Shown: in pieces, positions 27,638-37,174 of the stretch
How the letters are laid out: every line of letters starts with the position of its first letter
Position numbering within the stretch: the first letter of the stretch is position 1
NCBI GenBank assembly: GCA_002069975.1
Contig: MWCJ01000008.1
Span: 3,529-67,528 of the forward strand
Source of the DNA: Bacteroidetes bacterium ADurb.Bin217
GTDB lineage: Bacteria > Bacteroidota > Bacteroidia > Bacteroidales > UBA1715
Direction: 5' to 3'
DNA length: 64,000 nt
Notes under the pieces: generated by a model
What the model saw: the letters and a program-made list of their open reading frames with translations, nothing else
The model's database searches: none
What the model was told of the DNA's origin: nothing
Made by a program: the position numbers and the translations under genes

Positions 27638-29285
27638 TCTATTTCTAAATTAAATGTATCTTTCATTGTTTGTAAAAATGGGTTTTGTTTTACCAAATAT
27701 TCATATTTATCTGCATTGTTGCTAGGTTTAGGAGTATAAGTTTCTTCTACTATGTCTATGTGTATAGCCACTGCTGTTGTTCCACACGTTTGTTTTATAC
27801 ATTGTATATAGTGTGCTCGGATATTTTGTTCAAATGTAGATTTTTCGAGACTTGAATGAACGATAAACCGAATATCTGTTCCTGAAATTTCGGGTTGGAG
27901 TTGTTTTACAATTGCCGATAATTGAGCATCGTTTTGTAACGATTGCACACACATGCTCCATGCCTTTAGAATAGAGTCTTGGGAAATATCTTGAATAACT
28001 GTTGTTTCAATTACTTCAGGTGCGTCAGATTTTTGAGGGGGTACTTCTTGTTTTGCTTGAACAGGTGTTTGCAAAACATCTTTTTTTAAATCTTTAAAAG
28101 ATTTTGCAGTAGTAGAGTAAGTTGTTTGTTGAGGCTGTGCTTGGGCTTGCTTGGTTTTAGTTTGCGATTGTTCAACTAATTCAGGGCTTTTTTTTTTACT
28201 ATATTGCATAATTGCAATAATGCTAACTCTACATGAAGCCGTTTGTTGTTACTTGCTTTGTAGTTCATGTCGAATTTGCCGGTTAAATCTAATGCTTTAT
28301 ATAAAAAATCTACGCTGCATTTTTGGGCTTGTTCTAAATATCGTTTCCTAATAGCATCGCCAACTTCGAGTAATTGAACTGTTTGTGGGTCTTTACTTAC
28401 CAATACATCTCTAAAGTGAGAGCTTAATCCTGTTAAAAAATTATGTCCATCAAATCCTTTGTCGAGTATTTCGTCATATACGATTAACGATTGAGCATAA
28501 TCTTCGGATAAGAATAAATCGGTAAGTTTAAAAAAGTATTCGTAATCTAAAAAATTAAGATTTTCTATAGTACTTTGGTAGGTTATTTTTTTACCAGAAA
28601 AACTAACTACTTGGTCAAAAATTGATAAAGCATCACGTAACCCACCGTCGGCTTTTAATGCTATTACATTCAGAGCCTCACGTTCGGTAGTTATGCCTTC
28701 TTGTTTAGCTACCGAATCCAAGTGGTCTACCATATCTTCTACTTTAATCCTATTAAAGTCAAAAATTTGACAACGAGAAAGTATTGTAGGTAAAATTTTA
28801 TGTTTTTCGGTAGTTGCAAGTATAAAAATTGCATGACGAGGTGGTTCTTCTAATGTTTTAAGAAATGCATTAAAGGCAGATGCAGAAAGCATATGAACCT
28901 CGTCAATTATATAAATGCTGTATTTACCAATTTGTGGCGGAATTCTAACCTGATCTATTAAGGTTCTAATGTCTTCAACTGAGTTGTTCGAAGCAGCATC
29001 GAGTTCGTGAATGTTAAATGAAGCTGAATCATTGAACGATTTACATGACTCACATTCGTCGCAAGCTTCAATTTGCGGAGTAAGATTCATGCAGTTTATA
29101 GTTTTTGCGAAAATACGTGCACACGTAGTTTTTCCAACACCACGAGGGCCGCAAAACAAATATGCTTGACCTAAATGATTATTTGCAATAGAGTTTTTTA
29201 ATGTAACAGTAATCGACTGTTGCCCTACTACCGAAGCAAAGGTTACCGGACGATATTTGCGAGCTGATACAATGAAATTTTCCAT
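27634..29285 (-). CDS. dnaX: DNA polymerase III subunit gamma/tau, in two frames joined at an A10 run
   Basis: The 0-frame ORF 28176-29285 has GPRGVGKTT, IIDEVHML and LSRCQ. The -1 frame ORF 27634-28209 encodes a Q/P/T-rich linker plus a C-terminal domain. The two overlap at 28176-28209. Confidence 0.85.
28188..28197 (-). other. A10 slippery run in dnaX (candidate -1 frameshift or transcriptional slippage site)
   Basis: The minus strand reads GTA AAA AAA AAA GCC CTG AAT TAG in the 0 frame, and AGT AAA AAA AAA AGC CCT GAA in the -1 frame. Confidence 0.6.
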
Positions 29286-29409
29286 ACGATTACAAAAGTA
29301 CGTTTATTATCTGAATTAGCAAACGAAAGATATTAACAGGTTTTGAAAAGAATGAGTTTTTTTAATTATGAATTTTTAATTCTATCAAAGTATTTTTTTT
29401 AAATATATA

Positions 29410-29550
29410 GCTCATAATTTCAATCATATATAGCCCATGGTTTCAACCATGGGATCCCAAATCATATAGGGTTTGAATTTCGGTTTCAACCGATTATATG
29501 CAATTGCAAATTGTGTTCGTTGTAGGGGCAATCTTGTGAATTGTCTCATT
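29410..29550. repeat. Intergenic palindromic repeat fragments related to the 63.6-kb repeat
   Basis: CCCATGGTTTCAACCATGGG 29433-29452, TCGGTTTCAACCGA 29479-29492, TGCAATTGCA 29498-29507 and TTGTAGGGGCAATC 29519-29532. Confidence 0.6.
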
Positions 29551-29617
29551 TATGTTTCGTTATATTCGCCAAACAAATTTATTTTTCACCAAGAAGAATT
29601 TTATGATTGAATTGTGT

Positions 29618-29651
29618 CAAAAAAAAAGCAGATTCCTATTCGGAGATCTGC
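29618..29651 (-). terminator. Terminator of rlmD
   Basis: The minus strand reads AGCAGATCTCC-GAATA-GGAATCTGCT followed by T9. Confidence 0.7.
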
Positions 29652-29776
29652 TAAAATGAGGTGGTAAGATAAGTCAATAGTTTCCGATGCAAATATATGC
29701 ATTATTTTTTCAATACATCAATATTTTTTGTGTAAAAATACTGTTAATTTTTTTGATGTTTTTATGTATTTGAATA

Positions 29777-31186
29777 TCACGTATTTTTAACAAGTAATGT
29801 AACATTTTCTACATGATGAGTATGAGGAAACATGTCAACTGCTTGTGACTTATGTACATTGTATTGTGTGGATAATAGTTGAATATCGCGTGCTTGTGTT
29901 GCCGGATTACAACTTACATATACAATTCGGTTTGGTTTGCATCGAAGTATTGTGTCTATTACATCTTGATGCATTCCGGCACGAGGTGGGTCTGTTATTA
30001 TTACATCTGGAGCTCCGTGGGTTTCAATAAATGTGTCATTTAGCACATCTTTCATGTCGCCTGCAAAAAAGAGTGTGTTTGAAATATTGTTTCGTATTGA
30101 ATTTTCTCGTGCATCGTCTATTGCTTCGGGTACATATTCTATTCCTATTACCTTGCGAGCTTGCGAAGCAATAAAATTTGCAATAGTTCCCGTACCTGTA
30201 TACAAATCGTACACAAGTTCATTCCCTTGTAATTGAGCAAAATCTCTTGCTATACAATATAGTGTATACGCTTGTTCTGAATTGGTTTGATAAAATGATT
30301 TTGGTCCAATTTTAAATTGCAAATTCTCCATATGTTCTATAATATGGTCAGTTCCTGCAAATACTCGTATGTCTTGGTCGTGAATTGTATCGTTTGCTTT
30401 TTGATTTATACAATATAATAATGAATGAATTGTTGGAAATTGTTCATGAATAGCTTGCAATAATGCAGTGCGTTGTTCGCTGTTGTCTTCATAAAAAACA
30501 ACTATAACCATCACTTGTCCTTTTGTGGTTGAACGAATCATAAGCGTACGTAACAATCCGTTGTGATTACGTATGTCGAAAAAACTGTAATTATGTATAT
30601 GAGCAAATTCTTTAATAAAATTGCGAATTTCATTACTTGGTTCTTCCTGCAAATAACAGGTTTCGATATCTACTATTTTATCAAATAATTTTGGAACATG
30701 AAAGCCTAAGGCATTTGATTGAACAATATGGTCTTGTTCTATTATTTCTTGTTGTGTCAACCAGCGTTTGTTCGAAAACGTAAATTCAAGTTTATTTCTA
30801 TACAGTGTAGTTTTAGGTGCAGCTACTATAGGTAATATTGTATCAATTTGCACGTGACCTATTCGAGTAAGTTGATCCTTTACTTGTTTATTTTTATACT
30901 CTAATTGAAGGGGGTAGGGCAGAATTTGCCATTTGCAGCCACCGCATATGCCAAAATGTTTGCAAAATGCATTAGTCCTTTGCGAACTGTATTGTTCAAA
31001 ATCAATAATTCGTGCTTCGCAATATTTTTTTTTCTTTTTAATTATTTGTAAAGTAACAATATCGCCTGGTATAGCGCCTTCAACAAAAATAACTAAATCA
31101 TCTACTTTTGCTATTGCTTTACCTTCTGCAGCAATATCTATAATTTGGATATGTTCCAGTGTTGGAAATTTTTTTTTACGTCCCAC
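29777..31186 (-). CDS. rlmD: 23S rRNA (uracil-5-)-methyltransferase RlmD/RumA family
   Basis: N-terminal TRAM domain, Fe-S cysteines CKHFGICGGCKWQ, SAM motif DLYTGTGTI, DPPRAG, and the catalytic VSCNP. Confidence 0.85.
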   Translation of the reverse strand: MGRKKKFPTLEHIQIIDIAAEGKAIAKVDDLVIFVEGAIPGDIVTLQIIKKKKKYCEARIIDFEQYSSQRTNAFCKHFGICGGCKWQILPYPLQLEYKNKQVKDQLTRIGHVQIDTILPIVAAPKTTLYRNKLEFTFSNKRWLTQQEIIEQDHIVQSNALGFHVPKLFDKIVDIETCYLQEEPSNEIRNFIKEFAHIHNYSFFDIRNHNGLLRTLMIRSTTKGQVMVIVVFYEDNSEQRTALLQAIHEQFPTIHSLLYCINQKANDTIHDQDIRVFAGTDHIIEHMENLQFKIGPKSFYQTNSEQAYTLYCIARDFAQLQGNELVYDLYTGTGTIANFIASQARKVIGIEYVPEAIDDARENSIRNNISNTLFFAGDMKDVLNDTFIETHGAPDVIITDPPRAGMHQDVIDTILRCKPNRIVYVSCNPATQARDIQLLSTQYNVHKSQAVDMFPHTHHVENVTLLVKNT

Positions 31187-31220
31187 AAGTTTATTCCGTT
31201 AATTTATTTGCAAATATTCA

Positions 31221-31228
31221 TATATTTG
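31221..31228 (+). promoter_or_regulatory. -7 promoter box TATATTTG
   Basis: Exact TAnnTTTG match, 21 nt upstream of the ATG at 31249. Confidence 0.45.
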
Positions 31229-31248
31229 TAATAATTATTGATGTAAAA

Positions 31249-32223
31249 ATGGAAATATTTACACACATCTTGTTAGGGGCAATTGTTGGAGGATTGTTTT
31301 CTGCAAAATATATTGGAAATAGAGCTTTACTATGGGGAGCGTTGATTTCATTGATTCCGCATGTAGATATGTTAATTATGCTCTTTCTCGACCCTTTACA
31401 TGGTTTATATGTCTTGCGTGGAATATCTCATTCGTTGGTATTTATTATTGTAATTACTCCGTTTGTTGCTATGGCTATACAACGAGTAAGCAAAAACGAA
31501 CATATGACATTGGCTCGGTGGACTCGGTTAGTGTTTGCCCTATTATTAACACATGTTGTGTACGATATTTTTACTATTCGCGGAGTAGGATTATTCGAAC
31601 CTTTTTTCGACAAACGATTTGCGTTATGTTCTATTGCCGATTTCGATATGTTTTTCGTAATTCCACTGATTGCATCTATTTTATTGGCTTTGCAAGTAAA
31701 ACAGTATCGCCATAAAAGTATAATAGCTTGGTTTGGTATTTTTATTTCTATCTTATATATATCTTTTACATTTTTAAATAAATTATATATTCAATCGGAA
31801 TTCGAGAAAAAATTAGTGCAAGAACATATTCGGTTCGACAGAACTGAAATATTTCCGGTAATAGGGAGTAATTTTTTATGGAATTGTGTTGCACAAGATC
31901 GCGATGGGTTTTGGATGTGTTACGAAACTAACTTTAGTAAACATAATTTCGAAATGAATTTAAGTATGCGTAATGATTACTATATATTTGATTTTGAAAA
32001 TGATTCGCGTATTCAAAAAATAAAATCGAGTACCAAAGATTATTATGTTGTGCAAAAAATGGGCAACGGCGATGTATTTATATACGATTTGCGAATGGGT
32101 AGAATGGGACTCAATTCGCAAGCACCTTTTATGTATTCGTATAGGATTAAAAATATGCATGGCACCATACAATCTTTAGAAAAAATAGAACCATCGTTTT
32201 TGAAAGTATTCTTTAACCGATAA
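31249..32223 (+). CDS. Membrane-bound metal-dependent hydrolase (YdjM/DUF457-like) with C-terminal extension
   Basis: MEIFTHILLGAIVGG and HSLVF histidine motifs in TM helices. The start is set at MEIFTH rather than the upstream extension. Confidence 0.6.
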   Translation: MEIFTHILLGAIVGGLFSAKYIGNRALLWGALISLIPHVDMLIMLFLDPLHGLYVLRGISHSLVFIIVITPFVAMAIQRVSKNEHMTLARWTRLVFALLLTHVVYDIFTIRGVGLFEPFFDKRFALCSIADFDMFFVIPLIASILLALQVKQYRHKSIIAWFGIFISILYISFTFLNKLYIQSEFEKKLVQEHIRFDRTEIFPVIGSNFLWNCVAQDRDGFWMCYETNFSKHNFEMNLSMRNDYYIFDFENDSRIQKIKSSTKDYYVVQKMGNGDVFIYDLRMGRMGLNSQAPFMYSYRIKNMHGTIQSLEKIEPSFLKVFFNR

Positions 32224-32245
32224 TGACTTTTATCGGTTTTTATTT
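32215..32245 (+). terminator. Rho-independent terminator
   Basis: AACCGATAA...TTATCGGTT stem followed by a T-run. Confidence 0.65.
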
Positions 32246-32339
32246 TTTTAAAGATATTTTCATAAGAAAGTCTTAAAAAATCTATGAAGTCATACATGTA
32301 TTAAAATACTCCTAGTGTTTTTTTATTAAATTATTCAAT

Positions 32340-32347
32340 TATATTTG
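32340..32347 (+). promoter_or_regulatory. -7 promoter box TATATTTG
   Basis: Exact TAnnTTTG match, 19 nt upstream of the terC-family ATG. Confidence 0.45.
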
Positions 32348-32365
32348 GCAAAAAATAATTGAAAT

Positions 32366-33325
32366 ATGGAACTTATTGCTTGGGGTATTTTTTTAGTACT
32401 TGTATGTTTATTGTTGGCTTTTGATTTGGGGGTATTAAATAAAAATGAACATGTTATATCTACCAAAGAAGCTATTTTTACCACTATTTTGTGGATTGCA
32501 TTAGCATTGGTATTTAATGTTGTGGTGTATTTTGCGTACGAACACAATTGGTTCGATTTGCTTGCTCATTCACCCGATATTAAAACAGGAAATGAGGCTG
32601 CTCTTAAGTTTTTTACCGGTTATTTAATAGAAAAAGCATTAAGTTTAGATAATATATTTGTTATAGCTATGCTCTTTACGTATTTTAAAATACCTAATAT
32701 ATACCAACATAGAGTATTATTTTGGGGTATTTTAGGTGCATTGTTCTTTAGAGCTGTTATGATAGTGCTTGGTAGTGCTTTGGTAGTGAAATTTTCTTGG
32801 ATTATGTACGTATTTGGGGCTTTGTTAGTGTTTTCGGCTCTTAAAATGTTGTTCGGCAAAGAAGAGGAATTTGATGCTGAAAAAAGCAAGGTTATTCGAG
32901 TGATTCGTAAATTTTATCCGGTTAGTACCGAACTCGATGGTCATAACTTTTTTACAATTAAAAATGGGGTTAAAATGGTAACTCCTTTATTTGTTGTGCT
33001 TATGGTAATAGAAACTACAGATATTATGTTTGCCGTTGATTCTATTCCTGCAATTTTTGTAATTACTACCGACCCGTTTATAGTTTTTACTTCTAATGTG
33101 TTTGCTATATTAGGTTTACGTTCTCTCTATTTTGTGTTAGCTTCGTTTATGGATAAATTTAAATATCTAAAATATAGTTTGGTTGTTTTACTATTGTTTA
33201 TAGGTATTAAAATGTTATTACTCGAAGTTTATCATTTGCCTGTAAGTGTATCTCTTGGTATTATAGTACTTATTTTAACAGGAGGTGTAGTTGCTTCTGT
33301 TTTGAGCGATAAAAGAAACGCATAA
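32366..33325 (+). CDS. TerC family integral membrane protein
   Basis: LIEKALSLDNIFV and AVDSIPAIF motifs; about 9 TM helices. Confidence 0.85.
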   Translation: MELIAWGIFLVLVCLLLAFDLGVLNKNEHVISTKEAIFTTILWIALALVFNVVVYFAYEHNWFDLLAHSPDIKTGNEAALKFFTGYLIEKALSLDNIFVIAMLFTYFKIPNIYQHRVLFWGILGALFFRAVMIVLGSALVVKFSWIMYVFGALLVFSALKMLFGKEEEFDAEKSKVIRVIRKFYPVSTELDGHNFFTIKNGVKMVTPLFVVLMVIETTDIMFAVDSIPAIFVITTDPFIVFTSNVFAILGLRSLYFVLASFMDKFKYLKYSLVVLLLFIGIKMLLLEVYHLPVSVSLGIIVLILTGGVVASVLSDKRNA

Positions 33326-33333
33326 TTTTATGT

Positions 33334-34149
33334 ATGGTTTTATCAACTTCTGATATTCATACATTTCAAGACGATGTGCTACGGCAAGGTACATTGTTGT
33401 ATCGCGAAATGCCTTGGCGTACAGATTGTAATCCTTACTATATTCTTCTTTCGGAAGTAATGTTGCAGCAAACGCAAGTGCCACGTGTGTTACAAAAATT
33501 TTCAGAATTTATTACTGCATTTCCTACCCTGGAATCACTTGCTTTAGCCGATTTTTATCAAGTTCTATCGTGTTGGTCAGGCTTAGGGTATAATCGCCGT
33601 GCAAAATTTTTGCATCAAGCGGCAATTCAAATACATAATCGAGGTGCATTTCCTGAAACGGTAAAAGAATTGCAGCAGTTGCCGGGAATTGGTCCAAATA
33701 CAGCAGCTTCTATCTTGGTATATGCGTTCAATCAGTCGCAGGTGTTTATCGAAACAAATGTACGTACAGTATTTATTTATCACTTTTTTCAACATTCGTC
33801 CGAAAAGATTCCCGAAAAAGATTTACATACTCTTGTTGAACAAACAATGTATACCGTAAACCCTCGTCAATGGTATTGGGCTCTCATGGATTATGGTACA
33901 TATATTAAGAAAACTTATGGTAATTTTAATGCTATGTCTACCATGCATACAACACAATCGAAATTCGAAGGTTCGGTACGTCAAAAACGTGCGGCAATTC
34001 TTCGTTTTTTAATACAGCAAGGAGCTCAATCGGCAGAATCAATATCATATAGCTTAGAATATACACTAGAAGATATTATTCCCTTGCTCAATGTTTTACA
34101 AACCCAAGGAATGATTCGATGCGAAAACGCATTGTATTGTATAGCGTAA
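33334..34149 (+). CDS. HhH-GPD DNA glycosylase, MutY-like N-terminal domain without an Fe-S loop or NUDIX domain
   Basis: LSEVMLQQTQVPRV, LPGIGPNTAASI (HhH) and ALMDYG (catalytic Asp context). The Cys cluster is absent. Confidence 0.7.
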   Translation: MVLSTSDIHTFQDDVLRQGTLLYREMPWRTDCNPYYILLSEVMLQQTQVPRVLQKFSEFITAFPTLESLALADFYQVLSCWSGLGYNRRAKFLHQAAIQIHNRGAFPETVKELQQLPGIGPNTAASILVYAFNQSQVFIETNVRTVFIYHFFQHSSEKIPEKDLHTLVEQTMYTVNPRQWYWALMDYGTYIKKTYGNFNAMSTMHTTQSKFEGSVRQKRAAILRFLIQQGAQSAESISYSLEYTLEDIIPLLNVLQTQGMIRCENALYCIA

Positions 34150-36294
34150 TTATTTTGTTTGTTCCTCTATGTCTGCCAATACATAATCCAATTGTCGTTT
34201 TGCTAAATCGGCACGGACTATTTTTATGGTAACATCGTCTCCCAACGTATATATTTTGTTGCGGAATTTACCTCGTAAACAATAATTTCGTTCGTCGAAC
34301 ACATATTGGTCGTCTTGCAAATCGCGAATCGAAACTAATCCTTCGCACAAGCTGTCTTTGAGTTCTACAAACAAGCCCCATTCGGTAATTCCGGAAATTA
34401 CACCTTCAAATGTTTGCCCTACATGGTCTTTCATAAATTCTACTTGTTTATACTTTATCGATGCTCGTTCTGCATTCGAAGCTAATTGTTCACGTCCCGA
34501 TGAATGTTTGCAATACTGTTCAAATTCCTCTTCTGAAACAGATTTTTCATTATTTAAATATTTCTCGAGTAGTCGGTGTACCATCATATCGGGGTATCGA
34601 CGAATAGGAGAGGTGAAATGTGAATAATGTGAAAATGCTAATCCATAATGCCCTATATTTTGGGTTGAATAAACAGCTTTTGCCATGGAACGTACAGCAA
34701 GGGTTTCAAATACATTTCGTTCTTTTTTCTCTTTTATTTCGTCAAGCAATTTATTAATCGATTTAGATGTTGACAATCCTCCCGATGTATTGATTTTGAA
34801 CCCGAATTTTTTAATAAAATTTGAAAATTCATTGAGTTTAAATTCATCGGGCTTGTCGTGTATACGATATACAAATGTTGGGGCTGGTTTGCGTTTTCCT
34901 ATAAATTCTGCAACTCGTTTATTGGCAAGTAGCATAAATTCTTCTATAAGTTTGTTGGAGTCTTTAGATTCTTTGTAAAATACTCCTATAGGTTTCCCTT
35001 TTTCATCGATTCTAAACTTAACCTCCTTTTTGTCAAATGCAATAGCTCCGGATAAAAAACGTTTATGTCGTAATTTTTTTGCTAACGAATCCATTACGAG
35101 AATTTCGGTAACCAAATCTCCTGTTTGTGTTTCTATTACTTGTTGCGCTTCTTCGTAAGTAAATCTTCGGTTCGAATTTATAATTGTTTTACCAAACCAT
35201 TGCTCGGTAATATTTGCATCGGCATCCATAGTAAATACCGCAGAAAATGTAAGTTTTTCTTCATTTGGACGGAGTGAGCAGACTTTGTTCGATAGTTTTT
35301 CGGGTAACATAGGTACTACTCTGTCAACTAAGTACACCGATGTGGCACGTAATTTTGCTTCTTCTTCGAGTTTTGTATTGAGTCTTACATAGTGAGTAAC
35401 ATCTGCTATGTGAACTCCTATTCGATACATATTGTTGTCGAGAAATTCTATAGATAAAGCATCGTCAAAATCTTTTGCATCTTCGGGGTCAATAGTAAAT
35501 GTGGTAATATTTCTAAAATCTCTACGTTTTTCAATTTCTTTTTGACTAATTTCTTCGGGTAGGGTAGCTGCAAAATCTTCAACTTCTTTAGAAAAACGAT
35601 ACGGTAAATCAAATTCTGCTAAAATTGCATGCATTTCGGTTTCGTTGTTGCCTACATCACCCAAAACTTCGATGATTTCTCCTATAGGGTTTTTTGCTTT
35701 ACGAGGCCATTCTGTAATGCGAACAATAACTTTTTGACCATCTTTTGCATTCTTCGTGTGTTCCTGAGCAACAAATATGTCGAATGGTATTTGCTTTTTA
35801 TCTACTATTACAAACGCATAGTGCTTATTTTTTTCAATAATTCCTACAAATTCACGACGCCCCTCTTCGAGTATTTCAACTACTTCGCCTTCGGGACGAC
35901 GGTTAGGATTTTTTGCAAATAAATAAACTTTTACCGTATCACCATTGAGTGCGTGATTAAGATTTGATGATGAAATAAATATATCTTCTTTTGATTCAGG
36001 ACTAATTACATATGCAGTTCCGTATGCAGTTAAATCAATTTTTCCAATTATATAACCGCCTTTTGAAACCAATCGGTATTTACCTTGTTGCGTTTCTTCA
36101 ATTTCATTTTGTTGTAATAATTTGTCTATATGAAATTCAACAGAATGCTTTCCTTCTTTGTTGTTTATACCTAGTTTTGTTGCTATTTCCTTAACATTAT
36201 AGGGTTTGCGAGGATTTTTTCTAAATAATTGAATTATTTCGGTAGGAATAGGTAATGCATTTGCATATTTGAATTCTTTATTCTTTTTTGTCAT
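34150..36294 (-). CDS. rnr: Ribonuclease R
   Basis: Cold-shock/OB N-terminus, RNB domain (IDPEDAKDFDDALS, HFTSPIRRYPD) and a C-terminal S1 domain. The start is set at MTKKNKEF. Confidence 0.9.
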   Translation of the reverse strand: MTKKNKEFKYANALPIPTEIIQLFRKNPRKPYNVKEIATKLGINNKEGKHSVEFHIDKLLQQNEIEETQQGKYRLVSKGGYIIGKIDLTAYGTAYVISPESKEDIFISSSNLNHALNGDTVKVYLFAKNPNRRPEGEVVEILEEGRREFVGIIEKNKHYAFVIVDKKQIPFDIFVAQEHTKNAKDGQKVIVRITEWPRKAKNPIGEIIEVLGDVGNNETEMHAILAEFDLPYRFSKEVEDFAATLPEEISQKEIEKRRDFRNITTFTIDPEDAKDFDDALSIEFLDNNMYRIGVHIADVTHYVRLNTKLEEEAKLRATSVYLVDRVVPMLPEKLSNKVCSLRPNEEKLTFSAVFTMDADANITEQWFGKTIINSNRRFTYEEAQQVIETQTGDLVTEILVMDSLAKKLRHKRFLSGAIAFDKKEVKFRIDEKGKPIGVFYKESKDSNKLIEEFMLLANKRVAEFIGKRKPAPTFVYRIHDKPDEFKLNEFSNFIKKFGFKINTSGGLSTSKSINKLLDEIKEKKERNVFETLAVRSMAKAVYSTQNIGHYGLAFSHYSHFTSPIRRYPDMMVHRLLEKYLNNEKSVSEEEFEQYCKHSSGREQLASNAERASIKYKQVEFMKDHVGQTFEGVISGITEWGLFVELKDSLCEGLVSIRDLQDDQYVFDERNYCLRGKFRNKIYTLGDDVTIKIVRADLAKRQLDYVLADIEEQTK

Positions 36295-36662
36295 ATCTGT
36301 TTGTTTAAATCTATGATAACAATAATACAAAATATTCGTGAGTATTGTTGTATGGTTGTGTAAAATTTTATTCTTTATATTTATACTTTATTGTATAATA
36401 TGTTTTGGTTTTTATGAAAAAACGTCAAATAATACTTTTTTTAACTATTTACAAATCAACAATTTAATAATTTTCCGTTTTTAATAAATGTCATTTTGGC
36501 ATTTATCTTATAAAATTACGGTCAATATGTCTTCAGATGTTCCGTGTTCTAATAAATTGTCTATCAAGCTTTTATATAAGATTGATAATTCGGTATTTAT
36601 TTTGAAATGCGCCACACAGAAATAAAAAATAAAATTATATAAAAGAAAGGAGTGCAGAAGAT

Positions 36663-37100
36663 ATGACACTAGTAAAAACAACAAACGGATTGTACCCATC
36701 ATTACACACTATGTTAGATGATTTTTGGGGATCAAATTGGTTACCAATGAGAGAACGAGTTCATGCAACAGTTCCTGCGGTGAACATTCACGAAGATGAA
36801 AATGGCTACAAAATAGAAGTAGCTGCTCCGGGGTACGAAAAATCTGATTTTTCGGTAACTATTGAAAACGAAGTGTTAACAATTGCAGTTGAGAAAAAAG
36901 AGGAAAAACAAGAAGAGAAACCAGAAGCAACTCGTAAAGAGTTTACGTATTCTTCATTTTCTCGCAGGTTTACTATTCCGCAAGAATTGGTAAATGCCGA
37001 TGCTGTAGAAGCTAATTACGACAAAGGAATTTTATCAATTACAATTCCAAAACGCGAAGAGGTAAAGCCCAAACCTGCTCGAATGATTGAAATTCACTAA
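36663..37100 (+). CDS. Hsp20/alpha-crystallin small heat-shock protein
   Basis: PAVNIHEDENGYKIEVAAPGYEKSDF...GILSITIPK alpha-crystallin domain. Confidence 0.9.
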   Translation: MTLVKTTNGLYPSLHTMLDDFWGSNWLPMRERVHATVPAVNIHEDENGYKIEVAAPGYEKSDFSVTIENEVLTIAVEKKEEKQEEKPEATRKEFTYSSFSRRFTIPQELVNADAVEANYDKGILSITIPKREEVKPKPARMIEIH

Positions 37101-37101
37101 T

Positions 37102-37145
37102 AAAAAAAGAGCTGCAATTATTTTGCAGCTCTTTTTTTTTTTTTT
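37102..37145. terminator. Bidirectional terminator between convergent genes
   Basis: A-run, then AGAGCTGCAA-TTATT-TTGCAGCTCT, then T14. Confidence 0.8.
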
Positions 37146-37174
37146 GCTTGTAAATCTTTTGTAAGGTAAGTACG

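Noticed and set aside
29286-29776. Looked for an SRP (4.5S/ffs) RNA upstream of dnaX, a common neighbour in other bacteria.
   Set aside because: The gap has no GC-rich helix with the GGAA-tetraloop / AGCA symmetric-loop signature. It is AT-rich with only short palindromes.
32224-32365. Possible yybP-ykoY (Mn2+) riboswitch upstream of the TerC-family gene.
   Set aside because: The leader after the -7 box is only about 19 nt, and the region lacks the conserved GGGGAGUAG-type core.
36331-36662. RNA thermometer in the long hsp20 upstream region, where AAGGAG lies 10 nt before the ATG.
   Set aside because: I found no complementary anti-SD (CUCCUU-like) segment or ROSE/fourU-type hairpin in the preceding 150 nt. 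The SD-like element alone is not sufficient evidence.
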